Shown here in pieces: positions 36,900 through 49,447 of a DNA stretch of 64,000 nt; the first letter of the stretch is position 1, and the number at the start of each line of letters is the position of its first letter. Under the pieces are notes generated by a model. It was not told the origin of the DNA. It did not search any database and was given only the letters and a program-made list of their open reading frames with translations. Origin of the DNA: Paramoeba atlantica. Lineage: Eukaryota; Protista; Discosea. Location: NCBI GenBank assembly GCA_977017575.1, contig CDRNVI010000043.1, positions 620,001 to 684,000 on the forward strand. Reading direction: 5' to 3'. The position numbers were made by a program, and so were the translations under genes.

Positions 36900-39164
36900 G
36901 CGGGTATGACCCCGCTTGATCTCACGTGATCTCGTTTTGAGATTGCCCAACCACCCTCCGGAGCCGAATAGTGAGGTCGATAGGTCTCCCTATAAAACTC
37001 GCCAATCTCCTGCAATATCTGACCCTCTGTTGAAGCGAGCACTCGATCTTATTGATCAAACAACAAGGAATGAAACCTATGGTATCGCTTCTTGGGGCCA
37101 CCTTCTTGTAGGAGACGGTTTCAGATGCTCCCGTCGCGCTCTGATACGTTCCCTCAAGAAGGAGGGTCGTTAAGTCGTTAAGCCCTATTACAGGGCGCTG
37201 GCTCAACATAAAGCTAAGCCAACACCCTGAGCTTTGGCCACTAAGGGCTGTGGGCTGCTCGATTTAAGTGTCGAGAACTTTCAATATTAGTAAGCCATTT
37301 GCTGTGCGAGCCAGCCATGTTTCCATGGCCTTGGCTTGTATCTCACTGATTAAATCAATGAATACTACCGGCGTCGCTTTAATCAGCAGCTTTGTATTTG
37401 TCTCCAATAAGAGATGGCCAGTTTTTGGGGAAACCCCCTAAAAAAAAGGCAGGCATCAGTACTGCATCACCGCCTGCTTGCTGGCACAGTTCGGGAGTGT
37501 CGAGTCTCAGCTTCAACGGCTTAGACTCCTCAGCTTCAACGGATCAAGTCCTCTAGAGTGGCACACCCTCGAGCGGACTTGACTCCTCAGCTTCAAAGGG
37601 CTAAACCTCAGCTTCAACGATCTCTTATCTCTCCGAATTATTGCCCTAGCCCCGTTTTCATGGGCTAGTTGCAAGCCGCAGATGTGCGGTACTCGACCCG
37701 AAATGCGGTATGAAGTTCCCCTTAGGGGCTCATCTTCAGAGTGCACTCCGGGTCCATCCGAGAAGAATCTCCTCTAAAACATTAGCCCGAATGGCACCCA
37801 CCCTAGTTGCCTAGTACCTTGTTATATTCGGTACCGGGCGGTGCCACCCATTCTGCGTTGCCAGGATGACAGCTACCCTACATATTTAGTGCCTCGTTAT
37901 GTTGGCACCGGGTAGTGTCGCGAAGGGAGTGGCGCAACGAGGGGGGCGAGGAGGACAGCGCGGTCGGTGAAGGGGGCGGCGAAGGAGGCGGCGGAGAGAG
38001 CGGCGGGGAAGGCGTCGGGGAAGAGAGAAGGCAGCGACAGAGGGCGACCAAGATGGCAGCGAGGGGGCGGCGAACGTGGCGCAGCGAGGGGGCGGCTGGG
38101 GTGAGGGGGGGCGCAACGAAGAGGGGGGAGCGAGGAGGGGGCGAAGGGAGCGCACAAGTCGGCACAGAAGGAGGACGTAGAATTGGGCGGCGAGGAGGGC
38201 AGCCAGAAGGGTGACCAGGAGGGCGGTGCGGGAGGGCGCAGCTGGGCGGTTTATTCTTCGCCCAGGAGGGGTGAAAGGGGTCATTGGGGGGGTGGGTCAA
38301 AAAATAAATTAGGTCAACAACAAGGTACAACAAGGTACACACAGATTGTTGCCTCATACGTTCCCTCAAGGAGGGTATCATATCCCGCACAGTCCCCCGA
38401 AACCCTGCACTCACAAAGGAGCACAAAAGGAAACCAGTAGAGCTATGCCAGGAGTTGGCAACATGGACCCCTGCTCAGCTTGAGGCTATCGTCTGGACAG
38501 ACGAGAAAAAATTTACTTGCGGGGGCAGCCGCAAAATAACCTACCTTTGCCGTCGTTCAGACCCCCCAACGGAGCACGCCGGTGAGCGGGAAAAGTGTTA
38601 GGGAGGCGACGATATTATGGTGTGGATGGGGGTCAGCATTAAGAGTTTCTTTTTTTATGAATTCCCTAATAAGGATCAACAGGGTAATAAAATTTCAGTG
38701 AATGGGGACCTTTTCAAAAAAAAGTGCTACAACGTAACGGTTTCTTATCTTTTTTACGAAGACATCGGGGGGCAGTCGTTGCTATGGATAATTGTACAAT
38801 TCACAATAGCACTCGTCGTACCTTTATTGACGAAGGGGTGAAGATGTTGCGTTGGCCACCCAAATCCCCAGATTTAAACTCAATAGAAAACATTTGGGGA
38901 ATGATGGACGAGCATAAAAACTCGCTTTGTCCAACGAATCGTGACTTCTTTTCTCAAATCGTGAAGATTTGAGACGAGCGATCGCTTCTGGGGTCGAAAA
39001 ATTAAAAGGGGGGCAATACAATGTATTTTTGAGGGCTTTAAAGAGTGTAAAACGTAATATCACATGACACGTAACTCTGTGAGAGCGTCTCGAATGCGGT
39101 ATTATTTCCCAAAATTGGCCGAGTTATAAGAATTTTGACCCCCATATTTTCGTGCACCCCCCTG
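36900..39164 (+). mobile_element. Decayed Tc1 element, same family as 3917-11356, interrupted by a retroposon
   Basis: YGIASW...FRCSR (36916-37173), NPALTKEHKR, IVWTDEKK, MDN, WPPKSPDLNSIE; right end CCCCCCTG|TA at 39164; left end not located. Confidence 0.75.
37168..38355 (-). mobile_element. SL-headed non-coding retroposon (SINE-like) with target-site duplication
   Basis: Stacked SL 3' fragments at 38339->38318, GC-rich body, two hairpin motifs at 37799-37914, ATACGTTCCCTCAAG duplicated at 37144 and 38356. Confidence 0.72.
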
Positions 39165-39223
39165 TACATGTATGTTGACGAACAAGACTGATAACGGATA
39201 ATACTCACAAAGTTATAAACTGA

Positions 39224-39646
39224 TCACTCGTTCAATTTTTCCATCTTGCTTACTCTAGAAAGAATTTCTCCCTTTGAAGTCTCTTGTATTTCTCCTGCAA
39301 GGATAATTTCATCCACAACCATATGCACACGATGGTAATTGAAAATTATGTCAAGCTCACACACATTGCCGAAGTAGTGATCTAAAACTTCTACCAAAAG
39401 GTGTAGGAGTTCCAAATTTGCTAAGCTATTCGATTCCGAATCGGTGCACAAAATAAAGAATAGGCCAGCGTAACGACGGAAAACTATATTGAAATTTCCA
39501 TATTCATGAAAATTACAAGTGAGTTCTCGATTTCGCAGAAGTTTGTATAAATTCGCCTTCAATATTCGCCCATCAATATTTCTGGTGAACCACTTTTCGA
39601 GACGAGTTTTGCCCGCCTTATTTTGTATCAGTAGGCAATGAATCAT
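39224..39646 (-). CDS. AP2S1: AP-2 complex sigma subunit
   Basis: MIHCLLIQNKAGKTRLEKWF, FRRYAGLFF, YFGNVCELDIIFN. Confidence 0.8.
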   Translation of the reverse strand: MIHCLLIQNKAGKTRLEKWFTRNIDGRILKANLYKLLRNRELTCNFHEYGNFNIVFRRYAGLFFILCTDSESNSLANLELLHLLVEVLDHYFGNVCELDIIFNYHRVHMVVDEIILAGEIQETSKGEILSRVSKMEKLNE

Positions 39647-39975
39647 CAAACAAAATTAATAAAAAATCATGTACAAAAACATGTGGAACTATCACACGCC
39701 TCGATAGGACGGCAGATGCATTGTCACTAACGTGAATACGAATAGATTTAAAGTCTGATTCGTGGTAAATCTCATAATTCGGAATGAACTGTGTTTTCGG
39801 TTTACATATTGATTTCACTGAATCATTTCAGGGTGTACATTGACTGACCGGATAGATTATTTATTCATGAACATATTAATATCATCTTATTCATCTACAA
39901 GCTATTCATCTACAAGCTATTCATCTACAGCTATTACAAGCTGCATTCAATACCGAGCATAACTTGAAAACGTTT

Positions 39976-41188
<1,213 letters not shown>

Positions 41189-41552
41189 TTCGGTTTCAAA
41201 GTAGTGAGGTGCAAACAAATAGGTACTATTTTTCGTATAATGCCCAGTGAAAATGTATCAAAACAATTAAGAAAAAAATGAATTTTTCAGTTGGTTTTTA
41301 ATCCTGGGATACTATTCACAACTTAGAGGGCTGAAGCCTATGAAGGGCAAAACCTGGCAAACCCCGCAAAGTCCACTCTGACGTAGCGAAGAAAAGTACT
41401 TGGTCAAAAGTAGTGAAGGATAGTTGGCCTCCGTCGAGCCCCTTACTGACACTATTCTGATAACATTATTCGTTCTGCTTAAACATTTTCTTGCTCATCC
41501 GATTGGAATGTTTGCGAAACTTTTCTCTTGGAAGTTTGTCCCCCCTTTTGGA

Positions 41553-41651
41553 AGGGGGAGTCCAGGGGGGGAGTCCAGGGGGGGGGTCAGGGGGGGTCCA
41601 GGGGGGGTCCAGGGGGGAGTCCAGTGGGGGTCCAGGGGGGGTCCAGGGGGG
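41553..41651 (+). repeat. G-rich tandem repeat (GGGGGGTCCA)n, potential G-quadruplex
   Basis: About 9 runs of 5-8 G. Confidence 0.8.
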
Positions 41652-41989
41652 ACCACGCGACGTAAGCAAGCAAAGCGCGTCTTTTCATCATACTGAGAGA
41701 TATGCCCGGCACACAACCAAACGTCACGTAAACCAAGCACGTGACTGACGATACGGCAAACCGTACCACATCGTTCTCCCTGGAACCATGTAAATACAAG
41801 ATGAAACACAGAACCATGCAAACATAGATGTCTTAACAAAGAGATCTACAAGCTCCCCTGTTGCGCCATATAGAAAGCGCCATATAGAAAACTCTTGAGC
41901 TCGCAGCAAGACTTGTCCTTGAGCACCTCGAAAATTGGACCCACTGACTGCATATTAATCGACATATTGAAGAACTCTAGTACAACATG

Positions 41990-42073
41990 GTACACGCACA
42001 TTATGTAACCTTGTTGGCCAAATAATGTTTTATTGGGCGTGTGGTCAGGTTCCATTCTAGCTAAATGTCCCAC
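41990..42073 (-). pseudogene. RTE-like RT C-terminal remnant
   Basis: GHLARMEPDHTPNKTLFG, homologous to GHVARMGPERTPNKVLFG at 43535-43590. Confidence 0.55.
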
Positions 42074-42406
42074 ATACCGAAGTATCTTGTTAATCTTGTT
42101 AATCTTGTTAATAAAAGGGGTCGGTGTCTACGCTGTAAATAATTACAGTTTCGACACACGTGTCGCTAAACGATATCCCCTCGAGGGAGAAAGCTCTCGT
42201 CAACCTCCCGTGAGCTCATTAAAATAATGAGCTAGAAAGTCAAATTTTGACTTTCCACCAGGGGAGGTCACTCGCTAGGGTACGCGGAGCTTGCGAAGCT
42301 CGCTCACCAGCGGCCTTCGAATATACCGAAGTATCCTTCTTTATACTCTGAAGATGAGTTCAAACGAGTGAATTAATCAGATAATTGCGCGATGCTCTTC
42401 AATTAG

Positions 42407-42646
42407 GTGTTCGTTTCAACCCTCCCCCAATTCGAGAGCGCTTGTTTACTTACCAATTCGATTTATGCGGTGCGCGACCTAGGCACATGGACGGATGATT
42501 TCGTTGCTATCGCGACCATGCTGATCCAGGAGTTACGCACACACTATTGGGTAGCGGCTGGAGTGCCAGTCGATCGTGTTCAAGGCCCAACTGTGAGCGT
42601 AGCCCTGGGACCCCCCCCCGTTTATAATAGCCTCGCTTTTGCCTGA
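42407..42646 (+). pseudogene. Fragment of the gag-like ORF of the YR element family
   Basis: WTDDFVAIATMLIQELRTHYWVAAGVPVDRVQ aligns with WTDENFYNIAKIIIEELRNHYWAAAGAPVEKVQ. Confidence 0.75.
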
Positions 42647-42659
42647 ATGAACTTATAAA

Positions 42660-43170
42660 AAAAAAAGGGGGGGGGGGTACAGTAAAGGGTACAGTAAAGA
42701 GGGGGGTGTAGTAAATTGGTGTAGTAAATTACTACATTTGAATTGAACATTACTACATCTTTTGCCGTAGTATGATGTGACGTACAGGGGCGGTTGTTGA
42801 TCTTGCCCCCTCCTGGGAATTTTTAATTTTTCTATCCGTTTTTGCTCATCTTTGCAGCATTGAAGAGATCTCGTTCCCCTAGCGAAGCTCTTTGCCACCT
42901 TTTTTTCATAGAGACCCGCTGATGCCCTGTCGGCGACTCGAAAGATGACAAAAATCGGAAATTTTGGATTTTTAATCATATTCAGAAAAAATGATTTCAA
43001 CAAAAAAAATGTTTGTCCTAGAAGAAGACCACAACGAATCAATATCCAGAAGGTCCTCCATTGTTTTGCAGTACGTTTCGAAGCCTATTGCAAACCGAAT
43101 CAATGGAGTTGAACACTTTTTTTTCTGTGCGATATTAGGGGGTATTTTTGCCCATTTTCTTTCCACCCTT
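42660..43170 (-). mobile_element. Tc1-like 3' remnant plus shared subterminal motif
   Basis: KWAKIPPNIAQK resembles a Tc1 C-terminus; GAGATCTCGTTCCCCTAGCGAAG is the inverse of the motif at 16435 and 16810. Confidence 0.4.
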
Positions 43171-43177
43171 CTACATA

Positions 43178-43990
43178 TTCTGTACCTTGTTGCCCCCTTT
43201 ATTACTACCACTACTACTACTACATGTACCCCTTCACCCCCCTCGCGACGACGTTGACCGCCTTCCGATTCCCACGGCCAAAACAATTAGTCCAGACTTC
43301 ATTCCGCGAATACTTGCCATATATCGAGACATTATGCAACCGTACCATCAAAGCGACTATCCGCAAAGGAACAAAATATGGAACCAAGTTCTGTCTGCTA
43401 TGAAACTGTCTCTTGCAGAGGTCCGTCAATCCAGTGTCTGTACCTTGTTGTATTTCACACAAGAAAACGCTAGATACTGCCGGTCTCGACAACTTGCAAA
43501 TTAAGATAGACACACGTACACTCCAATTCTCAGGACATGTAGCCCGCATGGGCCCTGAAAGAACACCCAACAAGGTACTCTTCGGCAATTACATGAAAAA
43601 ACATGCAAGGCCAGTCAAGTCAACAGCAGCGTATGAGAATACAATAAGAAATGCCCTAACGAGGACCGGAATGCCTACGGGCAACACATGGAAATATAGA
43701 GCCCAAAATAAAGTATCGTGGAAAACTGCTATAGAAGATTATCAAGAAGGTGGAAGGAAGAGAAAGAGGCGCAAAATACAAAACAACAAAATCCAAACAC
43801 ACAAGACTCTGAAATCAAGGTACGATCAAGGTCCCGCGGATGACACTACCCGGTGCCAACAAAACAAGGCACAAAATAACTAGGGTAACGGTCACCCAGA
43901 CATCGCAGCGTGAGAATGACACCGCCCGGTACCGGATATAACAAGGTACTAAGAAACTAGGGTGGGTGTCATTCAGCATAATCTTTGGAG
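43178..43990 (+). mobile_element. SL-headed 3' fragment of an RTE-clade LINE with paired hairpin motifs
   Basis: SL junctions at 43178-43192 and 43437-43450; ISHKKTLDTAGL...FSGHVARM...PNKVLFG...WKYRAQNKVSWK; motifs at 43847-43887 and about 43912-43975. Confidence 0.7.
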
Positions 43991-44229
43991 TGTGTTGTGT
44001 TTTTCACTTCAAAAGAAGTGTTTTTTTCATAAAGAATCTTTTCTTGTAGTATATAAAAGGGGTTAAAAAAGATAAGCTGGCTGCTCGCGCTCGATCTGGT
44101 CAAATCTTCGGATTTGACTTGCGTGCTGCGTGGCACAGCTCCTAGCAAGCGATAAGGGGGGGCTTGTCCTAGGGAGGTAACATCTCCTCGGAGATATATT
44201 GCCTTTTTTCAATCAATCAATCAAAATCC

Positions 44230-45090
44230 AGTGTCAGACAAAGACGCCGAAGACCTCTACGAGACCCGTTTAATGACGACAAGGCGGAAGAAGAAGAAGT
44301 AGCGAAAGAGGACCGAAGAGCCATCAAGAGAGTAACACGTCTTGCCTTAGAAGGCTGCGTTTCCAAAGCATGTAAAGTACTTGATCGTTCGTTTCAGAAT
44401 AAGTCACTTACAGACCAAGAAACCATACAAAAGCTGCGAGACCTGCATCCGGAACAAAACAGCAAATTTGACGCACCCGAAGATGCACCCATCATAGCTG
44501 CAGTTTCGCCGATCGAAATTCGCAGCGCCAGCAAACGGTTGGCGAAAGGCGTCAGCCCGGGTCCCACAGGAACAACGGATAGTGTTATTAGACTACTGGT
44601 TGACGACGAGCCATGTTGTGGGAGTATGTGTCACATGATGGGGGACCTGATCAACGGATTTCTTTCACGCCAAGTGATGCAAAGACTTAATCGGGCCCGT
44701 CTGGTTGCAATAGCAAAACCCGACGGAGGAGTTCGGCCTGTAGCGATTGGCGAAATATTTGGTAAGCTAGCCGGCCTGATATTGCTGCAGAGGTATGAAA
44801 AAACGCTGGAACCCCTTTTTTCTCCAATGCAACAGGGGGTGTTTTCGCAGGCGGGGTGTGAAAGAATCGTCCACAAGCTACGCGACCGATATCGAGACGG
44901 TCACACGATTCTATCTGTCGACATGAGGAATGCATTTAACACCCCTTCAAGGACCGAAATGGCCAAAAGCGTCTTTGCATTTGCAACACTCAAACCTTTC
45001 CAGAGGTTCTTCACCGCCGAATACTCCGAACCCTCTGACCTGCTGTATTTCGGTTCTGATGGCAATTTAGCGAGCATTATACCGAAATCC
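44230..45090 (+). pseudogene. CRE/SLACS-clade RT fragment (N-terminal RT subdomains)
   Basis: RRAIKRVTRLALEGCVSKA, KGVSPGPTG, GVRPVAIGE, VDMRNAFN; truncated before the QG/YxDD motifs. Confidence 0.85.
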
Positions 45091-45610
45091 ACACCGAGGG
45101 GCCGCACAGGACATAAAAGAAAATAACTATAAAGATGAAATAATAATTTATTTTCACATGAGTTCACCTATTCATATCATATACATGAAAAGCAAATTGA
45201 AACGTATGTAGCTTCTACATCATCTTGACAAAATAGGCCTTTCAAAACAAACAATATAAATTTATAATATATCACTATGTTAGCGGGTTGCACCCGCCAA
45301 ACCCGGCGGCAAAAAAAAAGTACGCGCTGTATTTTAAGCATATTGAGCGTTGAAAAAAACAATTCTATTCGTAAACTTCTAGAATTGCACTCCGGGAAAG
45401 AAACATTAATTTCACAAGTACATACTACTCGAGTCCTAATATTAATCTGCTATTGAAATATCTCAAAATATTTTAACATACATGTATTTCTCATTATCTT
45501 TTAAACCTACTATCCATCTGTATACTGAATTTCCAATATGATGCATCTTTCATTATTTGTACGCAAAATAATCAAATATTTTATACCTATCCTTTTCACC
45601 TCCCAGAGAG

Positions 45611-45817
45611 GTACCTTGTTGGCCTTTTTTCACTACTCATAGTTTAAAATTTTTATGGTTTCAACACGTTCTCAACTGGCGGATTCGTCTCAAGCTGCAC
45701 CTGAGTCGGGCCCGCTCTCTGAAGAACCTGTTATGGTTCAGCCTTGTGGTGGAGATAGCTTTACTGTGGGTACGGGGGAAGATTCGAACATTAATCAAAC
45801 CTTACAGATAATATTAC
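45611..45817 (+). pseudogene. 5' part of an SL-headed gag-like retrocopy
   Basis: GTACCTTGTTG at 45611, ATG at 45655 (MVSTRSQ...); joins in frame to 50650 when the YR element is removed. Confidence 0.6.
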
Positions 45818-46500
45818 GAAATCCGCAGCGAGGCGTCCGAACATTCAATAAAGCAGAAACAATATAAAGTATCTAATTCCAGAAATACACACTTCTGTCT
45901 CTTTTCACTGAACATACAATATTTTTATAGAACAGGAATACATGTATACTACGATCTATAATGCGCACGCTAATAAGATAATAACTTGGTACCGAATCTA
46001 AAATCAATAATAAAACAAGTAAATACTATGTGAAGGGGCTAAGCCCCCCAACACTCGCAGCCGTGGCTGGGGGTTGGGTGGGTGGGCTTCGAAAACGTGT
46101 AGATTTTGTATTTGAATAGTCCCTAAGCACATACACATCCGTTAATAACTTTTCTAATGAATTTACGAAATCAATCAATCAACAGTCACATTTTCAATGA
46201 TAAGTAAAACTATACGTAATAAGCTCTCGCCTGAATTTCTTACCGTAAACTATTAGAAATCCGCAGCGAGGCGTCCGAACATTCAATAAAGCAGAAACAA
46301 TATAAAGTATCTAATTCCAGAAATACACACTTCTGTCTCTTTTCACTGAACATACAATATTTTTATAGAACAGGAATACATGTATACTACGATCTATAAT
46401 GCGCACGCTAATAAGATAATAACTTGGTACCGAATCTAAAATCAATAATAAAACAAGTAAATACTATGTGAAGGGGCTAAGCCCCCCAACACTCGCAGCC
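45818..46500. repeat. 3' split direct repeats B2 (45818-46062), A2 (46088-46255), B1 (46256-46500)
   Basis: Two 245-bp copies that appear identical by eye; 168-bp A2 matches 50482-50649. Confidence 0.92.
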
Positions 46501-46690
46501 TACAACCCGCTCACGCGTAGCTATTGAGCTCCTTTCTCGCGTTTATCCAATGTCGCTTGTCATGATAGAATGCCAAAAAGGGTGACCAAACCTTCGTGAC
46601 ACGCTTTTCCGAGGAACTAGCCCTGCCTAGATTCTGAACTAAAGAAAACAATTTTTTTTTTTTTTTTTTAAAACTACATGTATATGAACG

Positions 46691-47250
46691 TCACTCGAAA
46701 TTCCGACTAAAATGATCTGCAGGATTGAGCTTTGTCGAAACGTAATTCGCTTTGATGCAAAGGTGTCGTTCTTTCGCCCACTCCAAAACACTGCACAACT
46801 CTGGTGCAATCCCGTCTGATTTACAAATTTTTCTGTTGAATGCGGCCTTGCAGGAAGTGTTATCGATCCACAACTGAAGACACGTTTGTTGCTCAAATTT
46901 GTCCGCAAATTTTTCAAGTGCGAGTCGTACCGCTTGAGCTTCGGCCTTGTTGACTTCATATTCTGTCCCCGGCTCCCACGGACTTCCGACAATACATACC
47001 TCCCCATTGTCGAGATATAAGATCGCCCCCCATCCCTTGGCTGACGCATCGGTATAAAGGTTATGACGCGGCGGTGATAACTCCGGATGCGGAGAGGGCT
47101 CAACGGGTACGTTTTCAAGCAGTTTGTTGCGCCATTCTCCCAGCTTAGAACGAATCTTATACGGAAGGTCCACGACTTGATTAGCCATATGCGGCACTCG
47201 GTTGAGCAAATTTATTCTGCGCTGACAGATTTTTATTCGAAAAGATATTT
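46691..47250 (-). CDS. DIRS-type RNase H domain (frameshifted from RT)
   Basis: LYTDASAKGWGA, VNKAEAQA, WIDN, NPADHFSR. Confidence 0.88.
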
Positions 47251-48489
47251 GGGGATTATGAGTCCTAAGATTGCGGAGCAATACAAAAGGCGCCCCACCG
47301 CCGCCTCTAGCTCCACAAATGTCGGCTTCATAAATGAATCTTCGCGTAGTTTGAGCAACACTTTGGGCCCCAGGCTGACCCTATGCGTGCTGTGGTTGTA
47401 CTGTGCCCCATTAAAAACATACTTTTTCATAGGCAACATACCGGAATCCTTGAATCCTGCGTTCACACCTTCCGCCCGGCGATCAACCCACGTCGTATAA
47501 CGCAACGCTTCGTGCGTCGCACCAGCAAAACGAACTCCATCGACATATACATCGATGTGGCCCTTATCAAAAGTGGCCGGCTTAGAACAATAATCACTTG
47601 ATCCAGCGATAGTCCCCATAATGGAATGCATGATTTCAGGGGCACATCTGTGCCCCATTGGGAGAACGCACATCTCGTACACTTCTCCTGCTTCGTCCAA
47701 AAAACGAAATTTCCGGCGAGATTTTTCTGGTATCGATATTTGGTAAAAGCCGCACACCAAATCTCTCTTCACTCCCGAACTTTCTTTTACGCGGTGCAAA
47801 TATTTCGCGGGATGCATTAACGGAACGAAAGGTTCATAACTAGAAAGACGTGTGTTATCAGATTTGGTCCAGGAAATGAATCGCCTGCGTTGTCGCCCTT
47901 CATCATCCGATTCTACCACCGTAAATGGAATAAGGTACTGCATTGAAGGTCTCTTAGCAACGTCCTCCGCCGTTAGTTTCTTAATGATATTATGCTTTTC
48001 AAGTAGTTGAAAGTCTGAGGAAGACAGTCCGCTTTTAACCGCAGGAGGTTCTTCTGGATGTACGGGCATCTTAAGCGCTTCTTGCCATACTTCTTGAAAT
48101 CTCGTGTCAACAGCTGGGGACATCCATTTCCGGACCTTATTAACATCAAGTTTCGGAATATTCGGTTTGACATGCAACGGAATCGCGAAATCCTTTTCCT
48201 TAGCTAGCTTAGAGCTACGTCGTGTGCAAATTAACGAATGTCGCTTTAAATATGGAACTTGTTTATAACACTCCTGGATCATCTCTGGGGTCACAGCCCC
48301 GGAAGCAGTGCTGAAACTCTTTGGGTCCCCAAGGCTCGCGCGGTCGTCAATTGGTTTGCATTGTAGCGAAGAAGACTTTCCAGGTTCAAATGTTTTGTGA
48401 GGTACTGAATCTCCGACAAGGTGAGGCGGCCCTCGACCACGTGTTGGAATAGATGTGTTATTGCCCCGCGTTTGATTGAGTGGGTACAA
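47233..48489 (-). CDS. Reverse transcriptase of the YR element
   Basis: RRRFISW, DLVCGFYQI, LPMGHRCAP, YVDG. Confidence 0.88.
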   Translation of the reverse strand: MYPLNQTRGNNTSIPTRGRGPPHLVGDSVPHKTFEPGKSSSLQCKPIDDRASLGDPKSFSTASGAVTPEMIQECYKQVPYLKRHSLICTRRSSKLAKEKDFAIPLHVKPNIPKLDVNKVRKWMSPAVDTRFQEVWQEALKMPVHPEEPPAVKSGLSSSDFQLLEKHNIIKKLTAEDVAKRPSMQYLIPFTVVESDDEGRQRRRFISWTKSDNTRLSSYEPFVPLMHPAKYLHRVKESSGVKRDLVCGFYQISIPEKSRRKFRFLDEAGEVYEMCVLPMGHRCAPEIMHSIMGTIAGSSDYCSKPATFDKGHIDVYVDGVRFAGATHEALRYTTWVDRRAEGVNAGFKDSGMLPMKKYVFNGAQYNHSTHRVSLGPKVLLKLREDSFMKPTFVELEAAVGRLLYCSAILGLIIPKYLFE

Positions 48490-49336
48490 ACCCTCTTCCT
48501 AGAATTTTTCTTATTTCCGCATCCATTTCCCGCACGGGAGTATGGCATATCTTCTGTTTTGGCGGAAGCCCCTCTATGTAGCGTGCTAGCTCTGGCGTCC
48601 CCGGACCCGTTATGACGGCATGCATATACGGCCGGAAGGGGTTTAGGCGTGTTGATTTCGTCGCCCGACCCCAATAAATCACTATCTCGGTTGAGGATAC
48701 CTTGAGAAACTTCTCCCTGCAGAGTTCGGCGACCTCTGTCCACCGCGCCGCCGCTTTCCAGCACAGCAGCACGGCCATGGTCTGTGAGACTGTTATCCTG
48801 CTGCACAATTTCCGTAGCAGATACGGGGTCAGTGGCTCCATCTGACGTTGTGGCTCCAGCCCCCCCTGCGCTTGTAGTGCCTTCGAGTATAGCTTGAGAG
48901 GGGTGTTGTCCTCGTTTATGCATGTGTAAATGGTGTGTAGACTTCTTGTGTAGGCTAGCCGCGTCGTTACCGCAACGCTTAGGGAATCCAGAAACAATAT
49001 TGCGTGCAGCGCAGTTGGACGTATGCTTCTTTTCTCGCAGAACTCGTTTAGTCGCATCCAAATACGTTCCCTTGTGGCCCACGTCGTTTCCGTCCACATC
49101 GGGTATACTGCCCTCTGAAGAGCCGGCGCCAGCGCGTCGTTTGGATCCATACGGAGGAGTTGGCACGTCAAGTTCAACCTTCTTGTTTTCGCTAAGGGGC
49201 CTGATAGGTCCGTTTGGTGTCCTGCGGGACGATTTATCCTCTTTTGAGTTCGACCCGTACCTGTAGTGTTTGTTTGACTCATTGTTTGAGTCACGAGTAT
49301 TTGCTGCGCATTCCGCAGTGTGCTGACATATCGCAC
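48291..49336 (-). CDS. Tyrosine recombinase (frameshift at about 48488)
   Basis: WKAAARWTE (Arg), ATKS (Lys), then in the next frame HSIKRGA (HxxR) and KH...LLRY (Tyr). Confidence 0.85.
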
Positions 49337-49447
49337 ACCGTTCCATACATAACTTGGAGATGAACGTGTAAAATAGCCTGGTAAGTTCTCCCGCCTTTTG
49401 TATAAGGCAGGAGCACGAGTAGTTGTTTTCGGGGTGGGGAACGTTTC

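Noticed and set aside
37878-38440. Pro/Ala/Arg-rich ORFs here and at 51750-52480, 29837-30720 and 35848-36676
   Set aside because: GC-rich low-complexity DNA gives stop-free frames on both strands; no domain evidence.
39885-39945. 17-bp microtandem (also the GACAAGCTTTCAAG triple at 10880-10935)
   Set aside because: Ordinary slippage repeats with no further structure.
43568-43580. CAACAAGGTAC as another SL relic
   Set aside because: It encodes the conserved PNKVL of the RTE-like frame and is antisense to the element; likely coincidental. The GTACCTTGTT inside the hairpin motifs is likewise structural.
43847-43975. Hairpin motif as hammerhead, HDV-like, twister or pistol ribozyme, or as tRNA/snoRNA
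   Set aside because: No CUGANGA core, no nested pseudoknot pairing for the loop, and no cloverleaf or C/D boxes that I could see; left unassigned.
45270-45330. Helitron terminus (GCGGGTTGCACCCGC hairpin)
   Set aside because: No appropriately spaced CTRR end, no partner end and no Rep/Hel ORF.
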